Shown here in pieces: positions 38,047 to 49,947 of a stretch of 64,000 bases of DNA; position 1 is the stretch's first letter, and every line of letters starts with the position of its first letter. The stretch is from Spirochaetia bacterium (GTDB lineage Bacteria; Spirochaetota; Spirochaetia; DSM-16054; Sediminispirochaetaceae): NCBI GenBank assembly GCA_034520965.1, contig JAXHMY010000009.1:64001-128000 (forward strand), given 5' to 3'. The position numbers and the translations under genes are program-made. The notes beneath the pieces are model-generated. The model did not search any database, was not told the origin of the DNA, and saw only the letters and a program-made list of their open reading frames with translations.

Positions 38047-38493
38047 CTATATTATATCTTGTAGTTTTTTTAGACGGGAAAAGAATGCATCTGCTTCCTT
38101 TTTCCCCAATTCATCGACTATTCCTTCAATGAGGTGGAAATGCATATGATGATGATTGCGGTACTCTTCTTTGCCTCTCTCGGACAAACCAATAAAGTAT
38201 GAACGCTTATCCTGAGCATCCTTCGAACGGAATATATATCCCTTCTCTTCCAATCGATGCACCATGACGGTGAGTGTGCCGGTAGTCACACCTAGTATTC
38301 CGGCGAGCTCCTTCATTCTCATCTCACCACGGTTGCCGATAACCTCAATCAGATGCATTTGTGCAAGCGACACACCGGTGTCCGATACTACGCTCTGTTC
38401 CCACGAGTTCATACGTTCGAAGAATTCGGTGAGCGTTCTCGAATACTCTTCGTAGAGCTCATCTATTTGTCTAGTGATCTTTTCCATTTTCAT
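38047..38493 (-). CDS. MarR family regulator (AdcR-like, His cluster)
   Basis: MRMKELA..LGVTTGTLT, DKRS and HHHMH. Confidence 0.88.
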   Translation of the reverse strand: MKMEKITRQIDELYEEYSRTLTEFFERMNSWEQSVVSDTGVSLAQMHLIEVIGNRGEMRMKELAGILGVTTGTLTVMVHRLEEKGYIFRSKDAQDKRSYFIGLSERGKEEYRNHHHMHFHLIEGIVDELGKKEADAFFSRLKKLQDII

Positions 38494-38613
38494 TTACCTT
38501 GATTATCAAAGTAAATGAAAAAAGTTTGATTGTCAAGGTATTCAGCACACACATCTACAAGTTGTACAATGCCTTGATTGGCGAAAATTCTCAGGCTGTC
38601 GGAACTATGGTTT

Positions 38614-39261
38614 TTATTTTTTCGTTTCTTCACGAAAGAGTATGGCAGCTTCGGTTCGGTTTGATACTCCGAGCTTTCTAAACAGGCTGGTAGTAATGTT
38701 GCGGACGCTCTTTTCGGCAATTGAGAGTTCGTCGGCGATCTCCTTGTTTAGCTTGCCTTGAGCTATAGAAGCCATAACTTGCCGTTCCCGTAAGCCTAAA
38801 GTTGGTTTGAAAGCTGCTTTCTGAAGTGAACTTTTTTTTTCTGAATCATTAAGAAGGCACTGTACCTCCGGGTCGAAAACTTGCTTGCCCTGTGCAATCT
38901 CTCTCACCGACTCAATGATATATGCTCCGTCACTATCTTTCAGGATATACCCGTCGATTCCGAGTTGTCGAGCTTTTCGTAATGTAATCTTTTCAATAAA
39001 ACCGGAAAGAATGAGAATCTTGATTTCCGGTTTAACAAAACGGACTTGCGAGATGACCGAGCTTCCATCGCCATCGTTCAGGTGCAGGTCCATAAGAACA
39101 ACATCGGCACCCGTGATGCTCCGTAGAGCAGAGTTGGTCTCTTGGATGGAAGAGGCTTCACCGATCACGTGAATATCCTGGGTGCGTTCAAATAAGCTGC
39201 GTAGTCCTTGTCGTACAATTGCATGATCATCGATGATAAAAACATCAATAGAATTAATCAT
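38614..39261 (-). CDS. NarL/LuxR family response regulator
   Basis: IIDDH, VLMDL and GKLNKEIA..L.IAEKSVRN. Confidence 0.92.
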   Translation of the reverse strand: MINSIDVFIIDDHAIVRQGLRSLFERTQDIHVIGEASSIQETNSALRSITGADVVLMDLHLNDGDGSSVISQVRFVKPEIKILILSGFIEKITLRKARQLGIDGYILKDSDGAYIIESVREIAQGKQVFDPEVQCLLNDSEKKSSLQKAAFKPTLGLRERQVMASIAQGKLNKEIADELSIAEKSVRNITTSLFRKLGVSNRTEAAILFREETKK

Positions 39262-40606
39262 TAGAGTTTTCTTTTAGTGAAATTGACAGTATAACCGAGT
39301 TTCTCTTCGACGATCCATCAATTGTAAGCCTACCGTTTAGTTTATCTGCGCGATCTCTCATTGACGGCAGCCCACGGCCTTCTACTATTGTAGATGGAAA
39401 TCCGATGCCGTCGTCGATTATTGATAGGACAAGTTGCTTTGCAATCAGGCTGATTCGAATTTGCATTGTTTTTGCGTGTCCGTGCTTCACTGCATTGGAA
39501 ACAGCTTCTGTAAGTATGGCCTGAAGATCTTCTGAAGAGTATAAAAATACTGAGCTGAGCAGATCGGATCGAATGTCTGTTATAACTGTTATCTCAGCGG
39601 GAAAAACTGACTGCAGGGCATTGCAATGCTCCGTAACCATTGAGATTAGCTCCGAGCCTCTAAGGGATTGGGTTTCAGAACGACTTATGAATACTCGAAT
39701 TTCTCTGATCAGTTTGTTTAGTGAATTGCGGACGGTATATATGTCTTCAGACTCCTTTGCAAGGCAATCTGTATTAGCAACCTGTTCTAAACGGAGTCCT
39801 GTGGCGAAGAGCACCTGGATCACTTTGTCGTGCAGTTCTCTCCCTACTCTCTCCCTTTCTTCTTGCAGAAGTTGTTTTGATTTCAGATTTTTAGACTTTT
39901 CTGTTGATATTCTGTCTATACCGCGGGTAACACTCATGAATACCATAAGAGCTATGATCGCAATTCCGGTGCGAAGTAGTTCAACAGGGAATCGATATAA
40001 CTGAAAAAAGTGAAGAGGATCAACTACGATCCCGGCAAGTGCTCCGTACAGTAGGAATGTTACCGATAAAAGATAAAGGCGTCGGGGTATTTGAGGACCA
40101 CAAAAGGTAGCGAGATGCCGGCCGCTGTCATGTAAGCCGACAGCAACAAGGAGCGCCGCAGGAAATGCAATTCCAATTCGAGCAACTGCCTCTAAATAAT
40201 TTATAGTTTGTACTACATCTCTTCCTCTTTTCAAAAGGAAAAATCCTATCAACAGGTAACATACAAAGACGCCTTTTGGAATAAACCTTATACGTTTATT
40301 AAAATTGTGATAACAGAGTTCTATTCTAAGACCAAAATTCATTAAGATTACAAAAGATAGACTTGTGAACAATGTAGTAGCAACAGCGAGGGGAATGTAT
40401 GAGTCAGGGCCGACAAAATAACGAAGAAATAGGGTCGACCACTCCACTACGGCATGGATAACTCCAAACCAGCCCAGAATAGAGAGATATCGGAGGAGTG
40501 GTACCGTTGTCTCACCACGTCCTGAGGAGAAAAAAGCCGTCAGACCGAGAGTGAAGAATGATAAACCGTATATCAGGTATATTAAAACCCCAAACCACTC
40601 GGGCAC
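39254..40606 (-). CDS. Membrane sensor histidine kinase (HisKA_3)
   Basis: ~7 TM helices; ERERVGRELHD, EAVSNAVKH and DDGIGF. Confidence 0.9.
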   Translation of the reverse strand: MPEWFGVLIYLIYGLSFFTLGLTAFFSSGRGETTVPLLRYLSILGWFGVIHAVVEWSTLFLRYFVGPDSYIPLAVATTLFTSLSFVILMNFGLRIELCYHNFNKRIRFIPKGVFVCYLLIGFFLLKRGRDVVQTINYLEAVARIGIAFPAALLVAVGLHDSGRHLATFCGPQIPRRLYLLSVTFLLYGALAGIVVDPLHFFQLYRFPVELLRTGIAIIALMVFMSVTRGIDRISTEKSKNLKSKQLLQEERERVGRELHDKVIQVLFATGLRLEQVANTDCLAKESEDIYTVRNSLNKLIREIRVFISRSETQSLRGSELISMVTEHCNALQSVFPAEITVITDIRSDLLSSVFLYSSEDLQAILTEAVSNAVKHGHAKTMQIRISLIAKQLVLSIIDDGIGFPSTIVEGRGLPSMRDRADKLNGRLTIDGSSKRNSVILSISLKENSND

Positions 40607-40642
40607 CCTTGTCCCCTCCGATTCATTAAAGTAAAAGTACTA

Positions 40643-41698
40643 TTAAAACCGTCCGATAACTACCTCTTCTTCGGATAAAATTCCCGCTTGTACCAATGCG
40701 CGTTGATAAGAGGTCGACTCTCGCGACATGCGGACCGTAGCTCCGCTGATACCATCTACCGACCACTGAGCGGTCTTAGTTGCACCGCTAACTACGTCCA
40801 TTCCGAATTGTCGTTGATCGTTCACCCCTTTTGCAAACTTATCAACATTCCAATTCACCAATGAGGTTACTTTTGTTGCATTCTTTCCAACAAGGTTCTT
40901 GCTTATCGAGTCGTAGTTGCCTTTCCAACCCCCAAGTCCAAAATACCCATAAGAAGGATCCTGTTCCTGTGGGCGGTTGCCGTCAAAACTTACCCCCAAA
41001 GCACCAACAAAATCACGAACGGTAGAATTGTCGTTAATGTGTGCTAATTTTCCTTGATCATTCACTACGTGTGAATATTCATCGTGGATGTGTAGTATGC
41101 TTCTACCACTGATTTCGTCAAAACTCTCGGGTTTCATAAACCCGGAACCTGAAGTGCGAATTGTTGGAACCATAAGCCCGTTATCAACGGTAAGCTCCTT
41201 CATTTGGGTTTGATAATCGAAATCCGGGCTGAACTTCATTTCCATTTGGTATCTGGTAATTGGATCAACAATTGCCACGGCTACGGTGCCGTCTGCTGCA
41301 ACAGCTGTGGCATAGAAGGACATCATGTCTGCCGTATATATGCGGAACATCGTTCTTCCCGCTTCGTAATTGCTGCCTGGTACCGCTGTGGTCGGGGTAA
41401 CCGAGAAATCGACTTCAACATACGCATTACCACTTTGTCTGGTGACCCAGTATCCGTCTTTTTTTACCCAAAACCACATTGTCGCGTCGGTGATTATGCC
41501 GTCCTCATCGAGTTCAAGTATAGTCTCGATATATTTGCCTGCATCATCGAAGGAGGTACCCTTTGCCTCGCCTGCCCATGAGTATCCAACATAGCGCCCG
41601 GCATTTAACTCGGTGGTCTTGTCTCCATCAGAACCGCAGCCAATAAGCAGTGCCGATAAAGCTGCAGTCGTTAATAAAACTGCTATTAATCTTCGCAT
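40643..41698 (-). CDS. Lipoprotein with two FMN-flavinylation-like motifs
   Basis: Lipobox LLIGC; DVVSGAT and DGISGAT near the C-terminus. Confidence 0.7.
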   Translation of the reverse strand: MRRLIAVLLTTAALSALLIGCGSDGDKTTELNAGRYVGYSWAGEAKGTSFDDAGKYIETILELDEDGIITDATMWFWVKKDGYWVTRQSGNAYVEVDFSVTPTTAVPGSNYEAGRTMFRIYTADMMSFYATAVAADGTVAVAIVDPITRYQMEMKFSPDFDYQTQMKELTVDNGLMVPTIRTSGSGFMKPESFDEISGRSILHIHDEYSHVVNDQGKLAHINDNSTVRDFVGALGVSFDGNRPQEQDPSYGYFGLGGWKGNYDSISKNLVGKNATKVTSLVNWNVDKFAKGVNDQRQFGMDVVSGATKTAQWSVDGISGATVRMSRESTSYQRALVQAGILSEEEVVIGRF

Positions 41699-41773
41699 TG
41701 TTTTGCTCCTAAAAAATAGTTTAGTAATTAGATAATGATACAAAGATACTTTCAGAAAGCAGTTGTTGCAATA

Positions 41774-41787
41774 AGGACATTTGTCCC
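41774..41787. promoter_or_regulatory. Candidate NarL/DosR-type response-regulator box
   Basis: AGGAC-ATTT-GTCCC palindrome 76 bp upstream of the lipoprotein start. Confidence 0.45.
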
Positions 41788-41928
41788 ATGTTTATGCTTA
41801 TTAAATAAGATACAGTAGCCTTGAACTTCCATCACTTCCGTAACATTAGTTACATACTCAGCTTAATAAATAGGTTATGTTGAGCTAAAGACTCTTTTAG
41901 AATCTTTGAATTTTCGAGGGGGTAGAAG

Positions 41929-42508
41929 ATGAAATTGCAGGTGAGTAAAGATTTGCGAGACGAACACGAGGCCGTGCTGACGGGGCTTGAACTGCTGCAG
42001 GCGGTCGGACGCAGCCTGGAGAGACAGGGCGTGAGTGAAGAGGCGATCGAAGACGGCGAAAAGATGCTCGAGTTTTTTTCTGTTTTTGGGGATGGATGCC
42101 ATCATGCAAAGGAGGAGCGTTACTTCTTTCCCGAAGTCGAACGCCTCAAGCTGCCTTTCGATCAGGACAGAACAGATAAACTGGTGGAGGAACACGAGCA
42201 GGGGCGCGGTTACATAAAATCGATGCGGAAAGTTCTCGACTCACTTCGTACCAATGAGGTAAAAAATACATCGGATTTCGGCAGCCTGGCAGATGAGTAT
42301 ACTCGGATGCTCTCGGATCATATCGATGCTGGAAGATGAGCTGTTTCTCCACTACGATGCCGCGGTCTCTCCCGAGACAGACCGGCATCTGGCGGCGAAG
42401 TTCGACAAATTCGAAGATCAGGTGATGGGGGCAGGAGTGCACGAACGGTTCCACCGCCTGCTTGAAAGCTTGAGCGCCAAGTATCTTCAGGAGGGTAGGA
42501 CAGAATGA
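41929..42508 (+). pseudogene. Hemerythrin-like (HHE) domain protein, frameshifted near 42330
   Basis: LRDEHE, CHHAKEE..FFP and EEHEQGR; DHI then EDELF in a shifted frame. Confidence 0.8.
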
Positions 42509-42614
42509 CTGTGGCTGTCTTAAAAGAAGCTTTGGCATCTGCGTACAAGGAGGATTAGGGTGCACCAGAGCTTGACATATACAAAAATAACTATTATGTT
42601 AGTTAACGATAACT

Positions 42615-43511
42615 ATGTTTAGAATTGATCAAGCAACTGCCGGAACCCGGCACTATTCACCAACCACACTCAAAACAGTTGCAAAAATAGAAGCACGCGA
42701 TCGAAAAATGCTGCTTGGTTTTGTCGTGGCCAGTACTGTGCTTATAGCCTTGGGGGAGTGGGCAGCATTTCACTATGGTATGGTAAATCGGTATGGTATC
42801 GTACCGGTTCTCCTGAGGGCGATTATTTATATTGCTGCTGCGAGCACCCTTTGGGCTCTGCTGCTTTCGGCCAACCGGCGCCATGTGGGGCGCCTCATGC
42901 AGCGTAATGAGCTGTATTTTCATAGCTTATTAGAGGCTTACGAAGGAGCATTAGAGCTAAAAGATTACTATACGGGCGGGCATGGACGGCGGGTTGCCGA
43001 GTATACCGCCGTACTGTGTAAAATCCTTGAATTGTCTGATGAAGAGTTCGAGCAGATAACTCATGCTGCTCTACTCCATGATATTGGTAAAATTGGCGTT
43101 CCCGACAGCATACTTACTAAACCGGCAGCTCTTACAGATGAGGAGTTTGCCTATATACGGCAGCATCCGGTAAGCGGTGCGAATCTGCTCGACAGGATAG
43201 ATGGATTGCAGGAATTATCACCGCTTGTACGGTACCATCATGAGCGCTACTCAGGAGGAGGGTATCCTAGTGGTTTGCAAGGTAAGGATATACCTTTCGG
43301 AGCCCGGATTATTGCGTTAGCCGATTCGTTTGACGCTCTCACGACGGTACGGCCTTACAAATCTGCGGTCTCATTCGAGCAGGCCTTCGAAGAGTTGTTA
43401 AGAGGCCGACAAACCCTCTATGACCCCGGTTTGGTTGATGCCTTCTCCTCCTCTTCTTCGTTCGATGCGCTTCGGGCTGTATTTGATAAGGTGAAAGACG
43501 GATTGCAATAA
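42615..43511 (+). CDS. HD-GYP domain phosphodiesterase with N-terminal TM helices
   Basis: YTGGHG.RV, LLHDIGK, HHERYSGGGYP and RPYK. Confidence 0.92.
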   Translation: MFRIDQATAGTRHYSPTTLKTVAKIEARDRKMLLGFVVASTVLIALGEWAAFHYGMVNRYGIVPVLLRAIIYIAAASTLWALLLSANRRHVGRLMQRNELYFHSLLEAYEGALELKDYYTGGHGRRVAEYTAVLCKILELSDEEFEQITHAALLHDIGKIGVPDSILTKPAALTDEEFAYIRQHPVSGANLLDRIDGLQELSPLVRYHHERYSGGGYPSGLQGKDIPFGARIIALADSFDALTTVRPYKSAVSFEQAFEELLRGRQTLYDPGLVDAFSSSSSFDALRAVFDKVKDGLQ

Positions 43512-43780
43512 AAACTAATCGGACTTGAGCATGTGAACGAGAGCATCCGGTTTGAGAATGTGCAGTAGTTTCCCATCGGTTCGTATGAAAGGGCATCTAA
43601 AATCGAATGTCAACTGGGTCGGAAAGATTGATTGATTGCCACCAGTCACGGTGTTTCTGGCGGGAGAACCCCACTCAGATCGTGGAAAAATACCTCGAGT
43701 GGGCCGACAGTTATAAGAAAGCCTATGAGTACGGCGGCAATTTCGCTCGACAGGCGGCAGAAACACTCCTCTAGTAGGTC

Positions 43781-45077
43781 TTACTCCCAATCGAGAAGGC
43801 GATGCTCTCCGGAAAGTTTCTGGATTTCGGTAATGTCCTGTGAAACCTCGATCACTCCGCGGTAGGTTCCGTTCTTATCGAAGATGGGGTAGTAACGGAT
43901 ATGTATTACCCGGCCCTGAAAGTTGAGCCAGAACTCCGCCTTATCGCGCTCTTTGTTCTTGAAGGCCTGCACGATCTCCTTGACCACGTGAACACTCTTG
44001 GGGGGATGACACTTCTGCACGTCTCGTCCAATTATGGAAGGTGTACGGGGAAAGACTCTGTCGTCGGTTGCCGAGTAGTAGCGAACCTTATCGTGCTCAT
44101 CGACGTAGGTGATATCGAAAGGCAGATGCCGCAGCATGAGGTCCAACTGCTCCTGAGTTAAAAATCCCTCGTTCAAGGGTATTTGAATCGGTTTGTCTAA
44201 CATAATTCCTCCATCAGCTTTGTTCTGTATACCGGATTCGCCGCCGGGTAAGTAGTCGGCGATGTTCGGGCCGGCCTGTTCCTCAGGATGCTCCTGTCTA
44301 TAGCGCTTTATAGCCAGAGAAGGGTCCCACAGGCTGCCGGGCGTCGCCCAGCTGTAGCCTATCTCCTCCTCTTCACTGCGGATTGCCGCCCAGTCGATGG
44401 GGGTGAGTTTTTTCAGAGAAGTAGGATAGAGGATCTTCTCCTCCATAAATATCATCTTCTCCATCTTCTTCTTGAGGGCCTTGAAGAGACTCTTAATTTC
44501 GGAGGCGGGGCTGTCGCCCTCCAGCGCCCGTCTCAAGTACTTCATGGCATCGCGGATCTCGTCGTGTTTGCCCCACATAACCGTGGTTGGACCGGTAAAT
44601 CCCTTCGCCTCGAGTTTGGGAAAGAGCTGGTTCTCCTTGCGCTGGTAGTGCTTCTCGAAGGTAAAGAGCTCATCCACCTTCGAGCGTATCAGCTCTGTGG
44701 ATTCCGTATGCTCCTTTCCCTTCTTTTTCAGCTTTTTGACCAGTTCGTCCAGCTCGTCAATCCGCCTCTCCAGCTTTCGGTTTTCCTGCCGGTAGGTGTA
44801 AATCGGATGCCCGTCGACTTGGGCTTCGTCCTTAGTTTTTTTAAGCGAGTCTTCGAATACCTCGACATGCACCTCGCACAGGTCTTGTATCGAAGATGGT
44901 GGAAACCCCTCGTCTACCAACGACTGTTCCATCGCGGCGATTTCTTCCGCAGAGAGGTCCTCCAGCAGATCTGCGAATTCTTCTTTAAGATCGTGCACGG
45001 GTTGCCCCCGCATGCAATCGTTTGACAATCTGTTTCAGTTTCTCCTGCTTCTCTTCGTTCTGAAAAAACTCACTCAT
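43781..45077 (-). pseudogene. DUF438/hemerythrin + PAS domain protein, frameshifted at a G-run ~45005
   Basis: Start MSEFFQNEEKQEKLKQIVKRLHAG; LCEVH, GHPI, HYQRKENQLFP and CHPPKS. Confidence 0.85.
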
Positions 45078-45139
45078 AGCCACCTCCATGGGGCATTATA
45101 TCATACAATCTCAACATGCTATTCGTGAATCCTATATCA

Positions 45140-45530
45140 AAAAAAGTTTCCTCTAATAAAAATTTTCTAATAGCCTTTACTATTTCATTTTCTAATCTTG
45201 GCTTATCCTGCTCATGTACTACATTCAGAACAGAGTTGCCAATAAAGTCTTTTGGAGAATAACCGAGAACATCCAGCATTGATGGGCTTACATATTCTGC
45301 ATGCAGTTATGAATCTATTTTCACAATAGCAATCTTTGGATGGTTTTCCAGTAGTTCAAAGATCGAATCGTTTTTATTCACCTTTCCCTTGGATGATCTA
45401 TGGGTTGTAGTATCAATAGCCTTTTCGCCGTATGGGCTTCAACGACCTCAAACCCATGTTTCTCTATCGTCTTTGCTTCATTCAGAGCAATTATGGCTTT
45501 GTCTTCCACCAGGAGGATTTCCTTCGACAT
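45140..45530 (-). pseudogene. Remnant of a REC/PAS signalling gene
   Basis: MSKEILLVEDKAIIAL...HGFEV (paralog of 48516) joined to a PAS fragment (YVSPSMLDVLGYSP). Confidence 0.55.
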
Positions 45531-45608
45531 CAGTATACCTATAATACAAAATGGAAATATTGGACAAAAATACGCCTATAGACTTTACTATTCAAGTAGG
45601 AATGGATA

Positions 45609-48516
45609 TCACTCTTCTTCAATTGGAAACCGAATAGTAAAGACCGGATTTGGCTTCTTTTGCAGATCTATAGTGCCGTCCAACTGAGCTACTAATGAGT
45701 TAATCAGTTGTAATCCAAGTGTGTCGGTGCTTTCAATTTCAATATCCTCGGGGAAAGGATTCCCGGTATTCGAAAGGGTGAGTTCATATTGAGTATTCTG
45801 TGTGTCCTTCTTCATTTCTATTGTAAAGACTGCCTCTTCTCTCTCGGAGAAACCGTGTTTAATCGCATTAGTAGCTATTTCATTTATTACCAACCCTAAT
45901 GAAATAGCTGTCTTTGTTGGAATGTATACATCTTCAACCTTATTGATTATTTGAACAGTTCTGCTTGAAGTAGAATAGAATATGGACTCTAAAATATCTT
46001 GAAAGTATTCTTTAACCTCAATTTGCCCTATATCATCCTGTTGGTGGAGTTTTTCGTGAACTAATTTGATTATCTCCATTCTCTGTCTTAAGTCGGATAA
46101 ATCATTCTCGATTTCCGATTCCTTTAAGCTTATCAGGGAAGAAATCATATTGAGGTTGTTTTTCGTTCTATGGTTTAACTCCTTCATATAATAGTCTTTT
46201 TGAGCTATTGTATTCACCAATTTTTCTTCAGTTTTTTTATGAGAAGTAATGTCTGTAATAAATCCTTCTATGTGATGAAGCTTATTCTCTGAAGTATATA
46301 TACCGATTCCCTGTTCCCACACCCATTTCAACTTACCGGTTTTGGTTGTAATTTGATATTGTAATTGAAAGTGCCGCATTTGTGTAAGAGCTGTTTGTAC
46401 AGCCTCCCATACATGCTCTTTGTCTTCTGGAATGATTAGTTCTCCATATGAGATTACTTGGTTTTCTTTTAGCTCCTCCGGCAAATACTCTGTGAGTGCA
46501 AAGGCTCCTTCACTTACAAACTCCATTGTCCAATTCCAATCGTTCTTCGATATATACGCAATCCCAGGGAGGTTACCCATTAAGGTTTCAAGCCGGCGAT
46601 TGATTTTCTTGACGTTATCTTCCGATCTCTTCTTGTCAGTAATGTCTCTTATAAGCCCTATGAATCCTGTGATGCGGTTCTCCACATCTTTTAAGAAAAA
46701 TACATTTGTCTCACCTAAAAATATAGTTTCATCCTTTTTTCTATAATGAACCGGAAATAAAAAGTCCTTCAGATCACCCTTGTGCTCTTTAATAGCCATC
46801 CCCATTTGATTGTATTCTTCTTCATTTTTGTAGATAGTCACTGTCTTCTTGCCTTGGAGATCTTCAAGGCTATACCCAAATAAATCTGTAAATGCCGGGT
46901 TACAGTCAATAATATTTCTATCGGTATCTGCAACGAGAATTGCATCTCGAATACTATTAAATAAGCCTCTGTACTTTCTCTCGTTTTCAGCGATTTGCCT
47001 ATCTTTCTCATATTGTTCGGTTACATCTCGAAAGACCAGTACAACCCCGGTGATGTTTCCTTCATCGTCCTTAATAGGTGCAGCACTGTCTGCTATCTGG
47101 TACTCATCGCCCTGCTTCGATATGAGCATGGTGTGGTTGGCAAGGCCTACTATTTCCCCATTTTCTAAAACTTTTTCCACCGGATTATTGACGAGTTCTC
47201 TGGTATCAGCATTTATGATGTGAAACGCCACACCAAGGTTTTCTCCTTTAGCCTCCTGAACAGACCATCCAGTAAGCATTTCTGCCACAGGGTTCATGTG
47301 TACGATTTTACCGTCGGTATCAGTGGATATAACTGCATCTCCTATGGAATTAAGAGTGGTACAAAGATTCTCTTCACTTTCTTGAAGTCGTTTCTCTCTT
47401 TGCTTTCTGTCTGTAACATCGCGTACTGATACAATAGCACCCTGCTTCCCTTTAAACTCTATTGGAATACCAATTGTCTCTACCCACACTGAAGTTCCGT
47501 CCATTCGTAGAAATTTTAAATCCGTTTTATCGGACACCGTCCTTCGTTCTACGTTGAGTTTTCTTATTCGTTCCAACGCAATGGATCTAAAAGCAGGATG
47601 AAGCCGATCGACGACCAGTGTACCGATTACATCAGATGCAGATGTGGCCCCAAATAGCTTGGCTGCTGCAGGGTTCAGATATGCAAACCGTGATTCTGTT
47701 TGAATAAACAGAGGTTCTGGGTTTTCCTCTACAATGGCACGAAATTGCTCTTCGCTTTTTCTTAAATTCTCCTCGGCTAAGTTCTTTTCGGTGACATCAT
47801 TGATGATCGAAAACAGAAGTTGCCTATTCTGTATTAGAATAGGGCTGGACCTTACTTCCACATCTCTTATTGAGCCATCAGCAATTTTATGCTTGAAATA
47901 GAATACATTCCGTTCTTCTTCCCGTGCTCTCTTCATCTCCTGTAATACTTCTTTCTCACTGAGCTGATTGATTTCTTGTATCTTCATGCTTGTGAGGACT
48001 TCAGGGGGCCATCGATAAAACTCCAAAGCTGCTCGGTTTACGTCTATTATATTCCCTGTCTCCGGCTCTATGAGCATCATTGGTGAATGGGAGTTATGAA
48101 ATACCGATTTATATCTTTTCTCTCTTTCTTTTACGTTTTGATGAGCTTCAAAGAGGTCAAACGCCATGTTTATGGTTTCTATAAGGACGAATTCTCCTGA
48201 GTTCTTCAGCACATAGCCATAACGGGTAATCTTTTTTACTTTATCCACATACTCTTTTTCGGAGTGGCTGGTATGAAAAATGATGGGAATTTCACGTGTT
48301 TTGAGTATCTGTCGGGGCAGCATCCGTCCCATCCATACCCTTACCCAGGTCGATATCCATTAGTATTAGTGAGATTGCTGGATCTTCCTGTACAATATAA
48401 ACGGCTTTTTCCCCCTGGTAAGCTGTGATTACTTCAAAATCATGCTTTTTAAGCATCTTAGCGGTGGTCATAGCTATAATGGCTTCATCTTCTACAAGGA
48501 GGATCTTTTTCTTCAT
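45609..48516 (-). pseudogene. REC-multiPAS-HisKA_2 histidine kinase, frameshifted at a C-run ~48315
   Basis: REC domain (ILLVEDE, LMDIDL) in one frame; PAS repeats, ELNHRTKNNL and NEIATNAIKH in the next. Confidence 0.88.
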
Positions 48517-48983
48517 CAAAAATACCTTTATTTCATCGTAGTAATGGAGATTATAATCCTATTGATAGACATTCTCAAGGAAGGAATTATACCTTTGAAA
48601 ATTTATGACAGAGATTTTTATCAGGGAGGTTTTCATCAAGATTCCCGATTACCGTTCCTATTCCCGGGCGGCGCGGCGGGCCCTGCAGGAGTTTACCCTT
48701 CTCCTGGGACATCGATATAGAGGATGATGATTACTCCCTTTACGATCTCGGAGGAAGGATGATAGCGATTGCCGACCGGGAGCTTCCCCTGGTCACTTAA
48801 CCGGGGCCAAGCCTTAGAGTGCAAAGTCTCTTTGGAGCAAATTGGCGACCCGATTGGGGAGGACCGATTCCGGATAAGCGCGGCAAGTTTTATCCGGGAT
48901 TGCAGCTCTCCGGAGGATATAGAGAGGCGGATCGGCGGAATTCCACCGACTTATTGCGAAGGACCCCGCTGGACACTGGGGAA

Positions 48984-49196
48984 TCAATCCAGAAGCTCAT
49001 GGCCTGTGATGAACTTTTTTTCACTCTTCTTTGCATCATCAATATAGTTTTCTATAAACCGAATATCCTGAATATCTTCATATAACTCATACATCGATTT
49101 CTTGAGGAGTGTTGATTTATCCTCATGTAAGTATTCAGTGAGATATTCCAAAATTTTTTCCTCTTCGTCGTTCAATCTTACAGATACTACTGCCAT
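48984..49196 (-). CDS. Ribbon-helix-helix antitoxin (DUF6290-like)
   Basis: MAVVSVRLNDEE...YEDIQD; overlaps the toxin gene. Confidence 0.75.
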   Translation of the reverse strand: MAVVSVRLNDEEEKILEYLTEYLHEDKSTLLKKSMYELYEDIQDIRFIENYIDDAKKSEKKFITGHELLD

Positions 49197-49459
49197 TTTT
49201 TATACACCTCCGACCTCTTTGCGATTGTCAGTACATACATATCCTCATCTTCAATTTTAAAGACGGCACGATATTTTCCTTTTCTTAGTCTATAGTAATT
49301 TACAGATGAATCAGAGACTAATTTCTTTATGTCAAATAGATTTAAGTCTTTTGTTGTGTCAATTGAAACAAAAGCATGAACAAAAAGCTGAGCAATCTCT
49401 TTTGGAAGTTTGCCCTTATCAATCTCTTTCTTGATATCTTCATCATAATAGACCATCAT
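49187..49459 (-). CDS. RelE/ParE family toxin
   Basis: DIKKL...YYRLRKGKYRAVF...IAKRSEVYK. Confidence 0.85.
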   Translation of the reverse strand: MMVYYDEDIKKEIDKGKLPKEIAQLFVHAFVSIDTTKDLNLFDIKKLVSDSSVNYYRLRKGKYRAVFKIEDEDMYVLTIAKRSEVYKKWQ

Positions 49460-49657
49460 ATAAAATGTAGTGCAAAGTCATACACTGGTCAAGTTATTTT
49501 TATAGAAAATAAAACTTAAAATCTCAATCTGCGTTGTGCCGAGAACCATGGGGTGGTCAAGGTCTTGAGCACACAAATCTACAGGATACGAGAGTGAATT
49601 TCGCTTGCAATTACGGCATGTTGTTGTATATTATGATTATATACAGAAGGGGAGGCT

Positions 49658-49947
49658 TTGGTGGACTTTTCCAATATTGTAGGATTCGATTGGGATGAGA
49701 ATAAGTTCTATAAAAATATTGGAAAGCACAACGTTTTTGCTACTGAGGCTGAACAGCTTTTCTTCAATCATCCCTTAGTAGTTAAACGCGAGCTTAAGCA
49801 CTCCCGGATAGAAGAGCGATTTTATGCTTTGGGGCAAACAAATCATGATAGGTTACTTTTCATCGTGTTTATTATTCGTTCTGATAAAATCCGAGTTGTC
49901 TCGGTCAGAGAGATGAAAAAAGGGAGGCGAGAGTATATGAAGTCTAG
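49658..49947 (+). CDS. BrnT family toxin (apparent 1-nt loss in the A-run 49916-49921 fuses it to brnA)
   Basis: GFDWDENK..KN..KH.V, EERFYALG and IRVVSVR; adding one A restores MKKREARVYEV*. Confidence 0.8.
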
